DNA from: Lama guanicoe
Taxonomy: Eukaryota
DNA length: 64,000 nt
NCBI GenBank assembly: GCA_013239625.1
Contig: MU053758.1
Span: 620,001-684,000, forward strand
Direction: 5' to 3'
Part shown: piece by piece, positions 45,016 through 58,140 of the stretch
How positions within the stretch are numbered: the first letter of the stretch is position 1
Layout: every line of letters starts with the position of its first letter
Notes under the pieces: generated by a model
Told to the model about the DNA's origin: nothing
Database searches by the model: none
The model's input: only the letters and a program-made list of their open reading frames with translations
Translations under genes and position numbers: made by a program

Positions 45016-47509
45016 ATCTGAAAAGCAACATATCACTTCCTTTTTCTGCCTCTGGCCTTCAAGAATTTATATATAAGTCCACATATTTGGGATATGCAAT
45101 GCATTTAGGACGTCAGCCTCTCTTCCACCTCATCCTACTCTTAACCCTATCTTACCAGGCATTGTTTAGGGTCTGAGGTCACTGCTTCTTTCCTTTTGGA
45201 GAAGAGAAATTAAGCAGACTACCCAACTAGTCAAGATTACCAGGTTTGACTACAGACTATCCTTCTCTGTGTAACCCTTAAAGATGGAGAATTCCTGCAA
45301 ATAGAGTCCAAGTCAGCTATTGATTGACTCGTAGATTCTGTGAAAACCTCTGTTGGTCCAGGGTTTCACCATTATGGGAGATTTTGCTTTAAGGATCTTC
45401 CACTTGGGATGTCTTCTCCAAGTTTGGAAAGATGTAGACACTTTGAACATGACGGAGCTTGATGTTGACGGGTTCATGTTTGGTATATTACAGCAAGCCT
45501 GAGAACAGTGGGAAGAGGGCTGTTCACATGAATTTGGGAAGGGATTCTCTTTGGGGACACATCTTTCCAAATTCTTATGATGGGTGTGCAGATGCTATGA
45601 CTTCCTAGGTACCGGGAGTCATGCATGATACAGGGATGGATAAGGAGTGAGGGCTTTCAGCACTGCCCTGGTGCCTGCTCTCACATTAATCAGCCTCCCT
45701 CCACATTCCACCCTCCCAGCCCCATCACCACATCCCACCACTTTGTTGGAGATATTGGTCATGGTAGACATAGAGATCAGAGCTTTGAAGACTTTGAGAA
45801 TAAACAGGTCGAAAGTCCAAAGCTCCAACCCCTTCCACCTGTGAGCCCCCGGCACTGGTCTGCAGATCCAGGCACAGGGCAGATGGAAGGCAGAAACCTG
45901 GAGGCCATGAGCAGCTTCCCATCACATAACTCAGCCCAGGTCCTGGGGACCTATAGTGTGGCCCTGACAGTAGGATTAACAGGAAGAGGAGAGAGGAGGG
46001 ATATGGAGCCAGACTAGGGGCAGTAGGTCACTTGGGTCTGGCATCTACTCTCCTGCTTTATGCAAATGTCGTTTTAGCCCCAAAGAAGCCACATTCCGGG
46101 ACTAGTTTGCTGTTTATTCAAAAATCCGCAGACTTTGCAACCCGTCTGGAAAGCTCTGAAGGGGCTCCTGATAAGGGCATCTCATCATATCCCAGCAGCA
46201 GAGCAGTAAATCGAGAACATGCAGAAACATCAAAAAAGCCCTTCCTTGATCAGATGCTGTAAAGAATTTGCCAAGTCTGCAGATAAGAAGATCGCTAGAG
46301 AAAGTGCATGTGTGAGTCCCTCAGAGAAACCCCATTTATTTTCTCCTTTTCCATTACCTTCTGCTCTTTAGACGAGAAAGGAGTGCACAACAAAGGGGAG
46401 GTGGGTAAGCGCTGGTTGTGAGGCTACACAGCCCACGTCACACATGGATCTCACCTTTTCTTATCGGTTTTGAAATACAAGGCACAGAGACTCAACAGCT
46501 GCCAAGGGAAAAGGCTATCACAGAGCAAATACCTGAAGGGGAGAGACATATTTGAGAAAGAACAGATAACATTTTCAACATATTTAGAGATCCCAGCCCT
46601 CGCTGGGCTTCAGTATCCCTTCACCTGAGCTTTTACCAGTAAGATGTGTCAAACAAATTAAACAGTTTACAGGAAGGCAGGAGCCAGGCATCTAACCAGT
46701 CCTTTTTTCATATGTTGGAGTCAGCCTGGAGACAACCACACTGGGTCTTGGTAATTTCATAAACTAAGAGACTCCAGGCCTGCCATATTTCACTTACTTT
46801 GCAGATAGTCACTCAGCCCCTGACCAAAGGGAATATCAGCTTTTGCTGAGAATCAGTAAAAATCATTAAATAGCACTGAGAGTATGTGGGGGCAGGGGGG
46901 GTAGAATTAGAGTTCTTTTTATAGGTCAAGTTAAGTCTTCATGGGTCTCTTCCACTCTTTTTCATCCTTCCCATCATCAGCCCTGCTTGTTAGCCATAAA
47001 AATGAAGGACAAAGGAATTTCAATTAATTGGAGGCAATATTGGAGGGACCTGAGAGTTCTCCACACACAATAAGCTTGCAGAGAGGCTTCGGATGGGAGA
47101 GCCGAGACAAGCCCATTGAAAGGTAGAGTAAGGAGGTGGGGTGTATTTTAAGGGGTCAAAAATCTGAAATGTACAACCAGGAAGAGACTAATTCCAGGTT
47201 GTGATATCTGCAAATTCTCTTTAAATACAAGGATAACTGGGAGGAGAGATAATACTAAAAACTTAGAGTATGAATGAGGTCACCATCTGAAAGAATGAAA
47301 AGATACTGGGTTTTAGGAAAGGAGCTCTAAAAGTGAGAAGAAAGAGAAGACTGGGTGCTTACGTGACTCTCTCTCTCTCCTGTTAGAATTGTGATCCGTG
47401 TTCCTAATCTTCTTGGCTTTTCACATATCCTTGAGATCCAATCTTACCTGGTTACTTGTTTTGCCAAAACATGGCACTCTTTCTATCTTGACTTCTCATA
47501 AACTCTTCC

Positions 47510-47800
47510 ATTTGCTTGAATGATTTTCTATTCATTCTATGTCTGGAAAATCCTTGTTTATCTTCCAAGATGCAGCTCATACTTCACTTCCTCAAAAAAG
47601 CCTTCCTACCCTCCCTAGACAGAGTGAATCTCTGTCCTTATTTGCTCTGCCCATGTCTCCTTAATTCCACTGCTGGGCACCTACCATGTTGCACTTATCA
47701 CTTGTCTTTATGTCTATCCATTTTTGTATCCTTAGTAGCCAGGAAAAAATGTATCTTGTAAGCATATATGAAATATTGAAACGATAAATTAATGAATATA
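47510..47800. mobile_element. Degenerate LINE-2 fragment
   Basis: tcttccaagatgcagctca...cacttcctc...agccttcc...aatattgaa...aatgaat pattern; boundaries approximate. Confidence 0.5.
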
Positions 47801-49094
47801 AGAATAAAGATGAGACAGCCAACATTTGGTATAGATGGCATAATATTAACAGCTGACAGATCTAACAAATATATTTAGTTTTTGCTTTTCTCTCTTCTTT
47901 GCATAACATAAAGATCTTCAAGATTTAAATAACAAGAACTTGACCAAGGAAGGTATTTGTCTCATTAACTCACATCTATAGCATTGCATTCACTTCCAGG
48001 TGCCATATTTTAAGAGTGTCTTAGACTCTCTGGATTGGAAGGGACCATAAAGATTATCTGGTCCAAACTCCTTTTCATGACAATGTTTTCATCAGTGGTT
48101 GTCCATCCAGCCTTGGATGGCAGCCTACCCATCACCAGAGACAGGGAGTTTGCAACTTCCTGAGATGGTCAATTTTCTCTTCAAACCACTCAGACACTTT
48201 TCCTTGTTGAAGAGGAGATTCGCTTTACTGCAACTTTCACTCTCTGTTCCTAGTGCTATTCCTTCGGCTGCCAGAAGACAGTCATCATCCCTTCCTCAAC
48301 TCACTCTTTCTACTCTGAGCAAAACAACCCCCTTATCCTTCAGCAGCTCATTAGATGACATGATGGCATCACCCAAGGAATCAGAGGAATATCCTCTGAC
48401 AACTCCCGGGGCGGAGTATAAACTGCTACATGGTGTCACCATCATAGAAATTGATTAGGACAATAATAGTTTCCTCATTCTTGTAGTCCCACCAGCTACT
48501 TATGGAGTCTGTTGAATATTGGCTTTTGTTTCAAGTCCTTTACATACATTGTCTCATTTAATTCTCCCATTTTGCACATGATGGAACTGAGACTTAGGAC
48601 AGAGGGTAAATAAATTGTCCAGAGTCACACTACAAATACAAAGTTTCTACTAAAACTGTAGTTATTTTTTGTTTTGTTGAATTCCTTTTTTGGGGGCAGT
48701 CATACCTAGAGTTAACTCATATTGAAATATCTTATTATTTTTTGCATATATGGTGGCTTATTTTCTCTACCTGGGTTCATACAGTGATGAAAAAGATTTT
48801 TTCCAAATTTTTATTATGTGAAATTTCAAATATTGAGGAAATATTAAAAGAATAGCATGACTGAATTCAGTTGTTACCATTTGTCAGGTTGGCTTTACAT
48901 AACTTCTTATTTATCCATCCATCCTTCCATCCAGGCATTTCAAAACAGGTTGTACTTCACACTTAACTTTTTTAGTGTGCATCTCCTCAGAATAAGGACA
49001 TTGTCTTCCAGAACCAAAGTACCACTATCACACCTAAAAAAATTAGCAATAGCTCCCAGTCCATTACGAATTTCTCTAACTTTCTCAAAATATC

Positions 49095-51372
49095 TTTTTT
49101 TAAAAACAAATTGTGGTAAAATACACACAATATAAAATTTACCATTTCAATTATTTAAGATTTTTATCCTTCATTCTGTTAATACAGTTCACTAGTGTTA
49201 AGTACATTCACATTATTGTGCAACCAACTCCAGAATTCTTTTCATCTTGAAAAACTGAAACTCTATACCCATTAAACAACAACTCCTTGCTCCCTTTTCC
49301 CCCATCCCCTGGCAACCAGCATCCCATTGTCTGTGTATGGATTTGACTACCCTGGATATCTCATATAAGTGAAATCATACAATATGTGTCATTTCATGAC
49401 TGGTTTATTTCACTTAGCATAGTGTCCTCAAGCTTCATCCATGTTGTAACACAGGAAATGTAGGATTTCCTTCCTTTTTCAGGTTGAATAATATTCCATT
49501 GTGGTATATGCCACACTTTGTTTATTCATTCGTTGATGGACATTGAGTTGCCTCCACCTTTATGCTGTTGTAAATAGTGCTGCTATGAATGTGGGTTCAT
49601 AAATCTCTCTTGAGACCCTGATTTGAATTCTCTGGAGGTATATACCCAGAAATGGAATTGCTGGATTATATGATAATTCATATAACTTTTTGAGGAAACT
49701 CCATACTGTTTTCCATAGCAGCTGCACCATCTTACAGTCTGACCAACGGTGTACAAGGGTTCTTATTTTTTCACATCCTTGTCAGTGATTGTTATTTTCT
49801 GTTTTTGTTTTTGTTTTTTATTTTGAAGGTAACTATTCTATTCTAGGTGCCCTTGTCAAAGATGAGTCGACATATATGTGTGGGTTTATTTCTCGGCTCT
49901 GTATTCTGTTCCATTGGTCTATGTGTCTGTTTTCATGCCAGTATCATACTGCTATGATTACTAGAGCTTTACAATGTAGTTTGAAATCAGGAAGTGTTAT
50001 TCCTCCAGATATGTTCTTCTTTCTTAAGATTGCTTTGGCCATTCAGGGTCTTTTGTGGTTCCATGTGAATTTTGGAATTTTTTTTTCTATTTCTGTGAAA
50101 AATGCCATTAAAATCTTGATAGAGTTTACACTGAATCTGTTGATCATTTTGGGTAGTCTGGACATTTTAACAATGTTAATTCTTCCAAATCATGAACATG
50201 AGCTGTCTTTCCATTTATTTGCATCTTGTTCAGTTTCCTTCATCAGTGTCTAACAGCTGTCAGTGAACAGATCTTTCACCTGCCTGTATTTTATTCTTTC
50301 CAATGCTATTGTAAATGGGATTTTTTTAAAAAAATTTCCTTTTCAATATTTATTGTTAGTGTATAGAAATATAACTGATTTTTGTATGTTAATTTTATAT
50401 CCTGCAACTATACTGCATTCTTTTATTAGTACTAACAGTGTTTTGGTGATATCTTTAGGGTTTTCTATATGTAAGATCCTATTATCTTCAATAAGAGACG
50501 ATTTCTTCTTTTCTGATGTAGATGCATTTTATTTCTTTTTCTTGCCTGATTGCTCTGGCTTGGTCTTCCAGTACAAGGTTGAATAGAAGTGATAAGAGTG
50601 GATGTTCTTGTCTTGTTTTTGATCTTAGAGGAAAAGTTTTCAGCTTTTCACCATTGAGTCTGATGTTAGGTATGAGTTTGTTATATATGGCCTTCCTATG
50701 TTGAGTACATTTCTTCTATACCTAATTTATGGAGCATTTTTTATCATGAAAGGATGTTGAATTTTATTAAATGCTTTTTTTTATCTGCTGAGGTGATCAT
50801 ATGATTTGTATCCTTCATTCTGTTAATATAGAATATCACATTTATTAATTTGCATACATTGACTCATCCTTACATTCCAGGGGTAAATCCTACTTGATCA
50901 TGGTGTATGATCCTTTTAATGTGCTGTTGAATTCGATTTGCTAGTATTTTGTTGAGGATTTTTGCTTCTATGTTCATTAGGGATATTGGCTATAATTTTC
51001 TCTTCTTGTAGTGTCTTTGTCTGGCTTTGGTATCAGGGTAAGGCTAGCCTCCTAAAATAAGTTTGAAAGTGTTCTCTCCTCTTCAGTTTTTTGGAAGAGT
51101 TTGAGAAGGATTGGCATTAGTTCTTCTTTGAATGTTTGGTGGATCTACTAATGAAGCCAACTAGCCCTGGGCTTTTCTTTGTTAGGGATTCTTGATTACT
51201 GATTCAATCTCTTTACTTGTCAATGGGCTGTTCAGATTTTCTTTTTCTTCATGATTCAGTCTTAGTAGGTTGAATGTTTCTAGGAATTTATCCATTTCTT
51301 CAAGGTTATCCAATTTGTTGGTGTATAATTGTTTATAGAAGTCTCTTATGATCCTTTGTATATCTGTGGTAT
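49095..51372 (-). mobile_element. 5'-truncated, internally deleted LINE-1 (L1M-type 3'UTR plus degenerate ORF2 segment)
   Basis: T-rich + strand with L1 hallmarks (tatacccagaaatggaattgctggat; tattctgttccattggtctat; cttgatcatggtgtatgatcctttt; atattggc). The short + strand ORFs here are antisense L1 shadows. Confidence 0.92.
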
Positions 51373-51384
51373 TATATTATCTGA

Positions 51385-51542
51385 TTTAATCCTCTTAACA
51401 GTAGGTAAGGTAAATATATTTAATCTCCATTTTACAGAGGGAAAAAGTGGACCTCAGAGAAATTGAGTGACTTTCCTAAGGTTACATAACTAGTAACTGG
51501 TGGAGCCAGGACTTGAACCCAGGTCTTTTCACTCCCAGTTCA
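51385..51542. mobile_element. MIR
   Basis: ctccattttacagag...cctcagagaaattgagtgactttcctaaggttaca...ggacttgaacccaggtct. Confidence 0.8.
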
Positions 51543-53459
51543 TTGTTCTTTTCCTGTATAGGGTATTGTTGAAGCAACTGGAAGTGCTTAGCTTGGAGCA
51601 GAAAAGACATGGAGCAGATATTATAGATATTTTTAAAGATCTCAAGGAATGTCACATGGGGTTCTTGAAAGGGCTTCCATTCATTGTATTTTGCTTTTAT
51701 GAATGAAATTAGGAAGGGAATAGGAAGAACGTTTTGACAATAAAAGCTGTTCAATATTGAACTGAGCTTCCTAATCAGTGCCCTATCACTTGAGGTGTTA
51801 AGGCATCAGTATACTACCATCTGACAGGGATATGTTGTAGGGAAGGTTTTGGGGCAGGAGTCTGGACCAGATGACCCTGAGATCTCTTAAAGACTCTAAG
51901 ATTCCCTTTGGGTCTTCCCCCATATCTCATCCTGTGAACATTTGCATGGTCTTAACCACAACCACCAGCAAAGATGGGCATCACTTCTTTATAGGGGAGT
52001 GGATTGTTTCTTGCTCCTAGAAGCAAATAAAGAAAACAACTCTGACATGGAAGAAATAAAGATTGGTTCCCACCAAGAAATGTGTTCCTCCCAATGATGC
52101 TTAGGATTATAATGCTAAGAAAGCCCTCATTCCAATCAGAACCCAGAAATCGAGATCTCCAAAACTCAAAGGTGTAATCAAATGGGAATAAGGGAAACAG
52201 CTACAATAGGAACAGACCAGAGAGGACTTCTGAGCAAGACTTCCCATCTGTAAGCAACATCCTTCTCCTGGAACCATTTTGAAAATTTGGTCTTGGATTC
52301 TTTCTAGGAGAAGGAGAAGTCGCAAACTGGAGAGTCAGAGTAGAAACCAAAGTCTTCTGTCCTTCATACTCCTCTGACAACACGAAGTCAAAGATTTCCA
52401 GGAGATTAGGAGCCCTAACTTCTCAGTGCAACATCGAGCTCCTGGGAGGATGGGAGGAACATCAATGTCTACACGTTCAGGATTTAATAATCTAGACGCA
52501 TATTGTGCTCACCCTTCTGTGAACCCTAACCTCCCTTTCAAGTCCCTGGCCTCCATGTTCATTAAAAAAAAATCTGATCACTAGTGACTTGGGCCCCAGT
52601 ATAGCTGACACGGCTCAGTCCTTTCATTTCTGCTCTGGCCCTGACGTGCTCCAGGGATGCAAAACAGCTGGGGCTCAGCAATGAGAAAATAACTTGCTAG
52701 AGAAATCTGTCTACAGCAAGGACTTCAGTGTGGAGCTGGAAGATGGGAAAAAGGACAGCAGGAAATAAGAGGTTTTGCCCTGCTGAGCAGGAAAATATTG
52801 TTTTCGTGGGCCACCAAGATGCAGATGTTGGGGCAAGGATGAAATTCTGAAATTCTCTTCTTTCTGAGGGAAGAACAACGAGAGAGAAATAACATCTCTC
52901 CAGCCATAGCCAAAATAGCTTTAGGGTCAACCTTTAGGTCAGGCATCCCCCTCTGGTTTCCCTTTGCAGATTTAAATTCTGGATCTAAGACCTCTCCCCA
53001 GATCAGTTTTGAAAGGGTGATTTTGGTTATGTTCTCCACAGCTTCTTTTTCAGAATGTTATTTTGAGGTCTTGCCTGCTGTCCCTGTAATTCTCACTCTG
53101 AATCTTAATGGAGATATGGCACTGGAGACTTTTGGATGATTTGACATTTTCCAGGCCTTGACACCGAACAAGGATATGTCATATGAGAAGTGACTCTCAG
53201 TCCAACAGGATGTGCGTACTGAAGGATGTGCTTCTCTGGGGGTCATGGGACACGTTGTGTGATCCATGTTGCCTTAGTGACCTGCTAGGCTCAGGGATGC
53301 AACCTAAGACTGAAGAGCAGGTTTATTTGACATGACCTAGCACTGAACACAACCTCAATAAATGTTTGTTGAGCGCATACTTGCTGCCCCCCCACAGTGA
53401 GAGGTGGGGCAATAACAACCGATACTGTTGGCATAGCACTTCCTTTTCCACGACCCTCT

Positions 53460-53635
53460 CACAGACATCTCATTTCCTGCATACAAGAGCTCTGGGAAGT
53501 AGGTTTGGCAAATTTTATTATTATTAATTTTATTTTACAGTGAAGAAAACCGAGAATCAAATGAATTAAGTGACCTGTCCAAGGTCATACAGCTAATCAA
53601 GGATGGAACATGTTTCCAGTCTCTAAATCCCACAT
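53460..53635. mobile_element. MIR
   Basis: attttacagtgaagaaaaccgag...aagtgacctgtccaaggtcatacagcta. Confidence 0.75.
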
Positions 53636-53959
53636 TCCTTCTCCTCTAAGAAAATTATCTACACTTGTGGCCAAAAAAGTTAGCTTAAAATAGACTATAC
53701 CTGCGTAAGGGGTATGGACGATATAAGATAGGCCTGACTGATAGTTATGAAGCTGGGTATTGTTGGGTAAATGGGAGTCCACTCTAGTCTTTCATTTGTG
53801 TATATGTTTGACATTTTTTTTATAATAGAGTTTTTTCAAAAAAAGAATCAACCTGTGTTCTGTGCTCAAATCCTGTTCCTTCCAAACTAATCTCAGATAA
53901 TTTTCATTTTCCTGTCTCCAATTTTTCTTTTAATGGCTGAGATCTCATTACTGATAATG

Positions 53960-54245
53960 GCCACCATTACAAGTGTTTACTGTATTTCTCTGATTTAGTG
54001 TACCTCTCTGGTAAGTGCTTTCTTTACATGTCTCACCATTTAATCCTCACAACTCTCCTATGACTGGGCACTACCATTCCCATTTTGCAGATGAGGAAAC
54101 TGAAGCTTAGAGAGGTCATAGAACTTGCCAAGATCACACCCAAGATCAGACTTGCCCAAGATCACAAGAAGCACTGGAGTAAATACTAGATAGAGCTCAG
54201 ACTTGAACTCAGGCCTGGTCGATCTGAAAGCCTGCTCTTTAACTC
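53960..54245. mobile_element. MIR with an internal micro-triplication
   Basis: cccattttgcagatgaggaaactgaagcttagagagg; CCAAGATCA occurs three times within 54128-54164. Confidence 0.8.
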
Positions 54246-55679
54246 CTATTTCCTACCTATAGCCAGAGAGGGGTCATCCCTCTCTTGGAGACAATATTGT
54301 TTGAAATGTGCTTGTATTCTCAGAATTTTACAAGAGACTCTGAACAAGGAGTTGGAGACATTCTCATCCCCACTGTTGGAAAGATAGGACTGGTAAACAG
54401 AAAAATCTCTTCCATTCAGCCAGGCCTGTCTGTCCCCACCTCCCTGAGAGGATTCGTGCGCTTAACATTGTTTTGTAATCTCAGGTGGATGAAGCTAGCA
54501 TCTACCATCCGAGCACAGGGTCATGGTTATTGTTCTAGTTCCTGCAAATGAAAGGTCTATCAAAGAAGTGGGGAGGCAGGTGGTGTGGGGTGTAGAAAGG
54601 GCAATGCCTTTAAATGAGATTTAGGTTCCACGTCTCTTTGTGGATTCACAGAGGACCAACTTTTGGCAGGCAAGATCTTTGCGACTAGGTGGACTGGCCT
54701 AGGTTAAAGGACACCAAAACCGTCATAGCTGGGACGCCCCTCCTGCCTGATTTCAGCTAAAGCCCGTGCTGACTAGGCCTCTCTCTCCAGCAGCAGCCGA
54801 GTCTCCCACTAGTGGGAAGAGCCTTGGGCTGTTATCTGGTGTGGTATCAAATATTTAGCTGGAGAACTTTCAGAGCGCTTCAGGGACGCAGGGAACTGTT
54901 TAGATATCAGATTCTCTCCTGCCAGGTCAAACGAACCCCCCGTTGACGAATGGCTGTGTTTCCTCAAGCATCTCTCCCGGCAGCCAGTTATCTTGTGCTG
55001 CCCTTTAACTCGCTGTCCAGCTGAGAGGCCCCAGGCCTGCAGAAGCCGTCCTTCTAATCCCCATCTCAGGCTCAAGCTGCTGCAGTGGGCGATGGAAGAT
55101 TGTTTACAAAAGATGAAGGCTCGCTGCCTTGCACCTGGTTTCTGTCTGGCCCATGCTGACGGGGATGAAGGAGCCTTCATTTATCTCGGCCTCTCTTCTC
55201 AGGCAGCTCCTGCTGTCCTGGCAGGCTTGGGCCGGTGTTTTCACTCCCTGATAAGCAGCTTTCTGAGCAGCTGGGGAAGAGCCACTTACAGGCCTTACAC
55301 ACCTCTTGCAAGACCCCTACCTGAGTCCAGGGGCAGCAGGACTAGATGGGGCAGAGGCTGCCGAGGGTTTAAATAGAAGGTCAAGTGGGTCTTGATTCCA
55401 GCGATCTGTTTGGCAGGCCATTTTGCTCTTTCTCTGTCTATAGATTTTGGAAATAGGTAGCCAAATAATCCACCTGCCCTTTTTGCCTCCAGGGGAATAA
55501 GAGAGAAAGGATATCCACTGGGGAAAGGACATCAGAGACAACCTTGTTTTATGAAGGACGAGGGTAGACAATGTACAGAAAGATTCACTGGGACAGACAC
55601 TGCATTCAGGAAGGATGGAGTTGGGTGTGAAGAGTGCAGAAGCCTCCTCCCTAAAGCCCCTAAAGATAGACATTCATGA

Positions 55680-56230
55680 TAATAAGTAACATTTATGGGG
55701 TGTTTACCGTGCGCCCAAGCCCTGTGCTAAGCACTTGATCTCATTTAATCCCAAGAGGTAAATATTCTTGTTACATCCATTTAACATATGAGGAAATAGA
55801 AGCTTAGAGAGATTAAGTATACAGCCAGTAAAAAGAGCTGAGATTTAAACATAGGATAGCTTGGTTCCAGGGCCCCACACTGGTTTTTTTTTTTTCATAT
55901 GTGTTAAGGACTAGTCTAAGAACTTTACATTGATTTCTTACTAAATTCTCTTAACCCAGTGGAATAGGTACTATTACTATTCCTTTTGCAGATGAGGGAA
56001 CTAAAGCTCCATGGGGATAAGTTACACCCCCTAATCCACATGGTAAGTTAGTAACAAATAGGGACTATGCTATGAACACAGGCAATTTGGTTTCAGAAAC
56101 AAACTCTCTTTTTTGCTGTTGTTTAACAGAAAAAAATTTTTTCGGTTATTGTTATTTTGGGGAGGGTTATTGTTATTTATTTTAGAAAGAGCAACTCCAG
56201 GGCCCCAAGTTCTTAACAACTATGCTGTAG
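55680..56230. mobile_element. Two nested or adjacent MIR copies
   Basis: atgaggaaatagaagcttagagag and ttttgcagatgagggaactaaagctc cores. Confidence 0.7.
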
Positions 56231-57847
56231 TTGAGAGAAACACTGTGGATGCTGAGTGTGAGGGTACAGAGTTATGTGGCCATTGATGTGTGTTTAGGAA
56301 CGTGAGTGCCTGGTTTTACCTGGTGACAACTTTGGTACTTGAACCTGGAGTGAAGAAGCAAATCTAGGTGATGGGTTAGAGGAAGCAGATAGCACGGGAC
56401 AAGTGTGAGCTGGCCACTCCAGGAAGCAGAATTAGGAGTGGGGCGGGGGACAGAGCTCCTGGCAGCTTTAAGGGTTTTGAAGGGACAGATTTCCATTAAA
56501 ATAACGGCTTCCCTTTGGCTTGGATAAAGCCACCTTCCTGGGAAAAGTTTGGACGTGAATTCCAATAGTAGATACAGGTGGTGGTACTCTGGATAGAGCT
56601 GGAAGTTAATAATCTCAGTTTGGGGAGTCTATGCCCAATAGTTGAATAACGCACTGACCCTCTCCGAAGGTGTCACCTCCCTCCTGGGACAGGCGTTTTG
56701 AGTTGTTTGGGCAAGTCAGGACCCTCCCCCTCCCCCCTGCATTAGAGGAACATTGGATCTGGCCAGAGAAAGGATCTTCTTCCTGTTCACGGACTGGGCC
56801 TTTAAGCCCCCATAGATGCACCTGTTGTACTGATGATGCTGGAGAATGAGGCAAGAGGGCATGGATGATGCAGTATGATACGCGCCTGGCTATCAGACAG
56901 TCCTGAAGCATCTTTACTTTCAAAGCTGGTTGTAATAGTTGCAACTGAGTGGAGAAGGACTGAAGCCCTTATTCAGTCCCAGGAAGGGCTGGTCCAGGAC
57001 TCAGGAGGTCTGGGTTTCATTTTTTATTCCACCACTGAGTTGCTGTGAGACATTAAAAAAGAGACTTCATGATCCCTCGACCTCCTCTTCTAGAACAAGG
57101 AAGTTTGTCCCATTCCCTGTTGTTAGCCTGTGACAAGGACAAGGACCAATGGGACCACTTAAAATAAGCATAACCTACATTCAAGGCAAGGTGGCTTTGA
57201 TAAAGGTAAGTCCATGTCTGTTTTCCCTCTACCTCCTTTGGCTGAAGTCTGGGAGTCTTTATTGGAGCAGCCATTTCAGCTCCCAGGACCTCATTGTTCT
57301 GGGGGCAGGAAGCATTGACAGAAGGCCTTCAAGCTTCATTCCTACAACTGCAGCTCCTATCTGACCCCTTGAGGACAGAGAGCTGGAGACAAGGGGAGAG
57401 TGGGGTGGGGTAGGGAGGGGATGCTCTGTTTCACACTCTTCCAACCTGACGCCGCCAGGACTGGGATGGTGACAGGCCCTGGGCTCGGTGTTCAGAGCAG
57501 CTGAGTCTTGCGGACAAGAAGCAGATAAACTGCACCAGGCCTCTTAATGAACCCAGCGCCAGCTTCAGATAAACTGTCGCCACTTACTCCTCCCAGCCCT
57601 CTCTTCTCCAGGAAAGACTCCCTGCTTTGCATCAGCAGCAGGCTTGGAGCAGGAGCTGGGGGCCCAGTGCCTGCTGTTCTGCAGGGAAGTTCTGGAGAGA
57701 GTGGAGACTCAGGAGCTCTGATTAGAACCTTGTTTGATTTCCCTTAGCTCCAGATGAGTCCAACTCTCTAGGCCCAAAGGGAAGCAGAAAATTAGCAACT
57801 GCTGGAAAAATATAGATAAAAACCACAGGGGGAGTGTTAACTTTAAA

Positions 57848-58140
57848 AATGTGTTCCCCAGGACCTCAGCGTGTGACTGAGATTTGCAGATAAGTTCTTT
57901 ATAGACGTAATTAAGGTAAAATGAGGCCATAAGGGTAGGTCCTAATCCAATACGGCTGGTGTCCTTATATAAAGAGGAAATTAGGACACAGAGACTCACT
58001 GAAGGGAAGACCATGTAAAGACACAAGGAGATGACAGCCATCTACAAGCCAAGAAGAAGGACTTTAGAAGAAACCAACCTTGATCTTGGACTTCCGGCCC
58101 CCAGATTTGTAAGAAAATAAATTTCTGTTCTTTAAGCAAA
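57848..58140 (+). mobile_element. MLT1-family (ERVL-MaLR) solo LTR fragment
   Basis: gtaattaaggtaaaatgagg...cctaatccaata...gtgtccttatataaagagg...cagccatctacaagccaag...ccttgatcttggacttcc...aataaatttctgtt. Confidence 0.85.

Noticed and set aside
49789..50704. Hydrophobic ORFs resembling membrane proteins
   Set aside because: Antisense translation of degenerate L1 ORF2.
54681..54696. GCGACTAGGTGGACTG CTCF-like motif
   Set aside because: Mismatches at key core positions; too weak without ChIP data.
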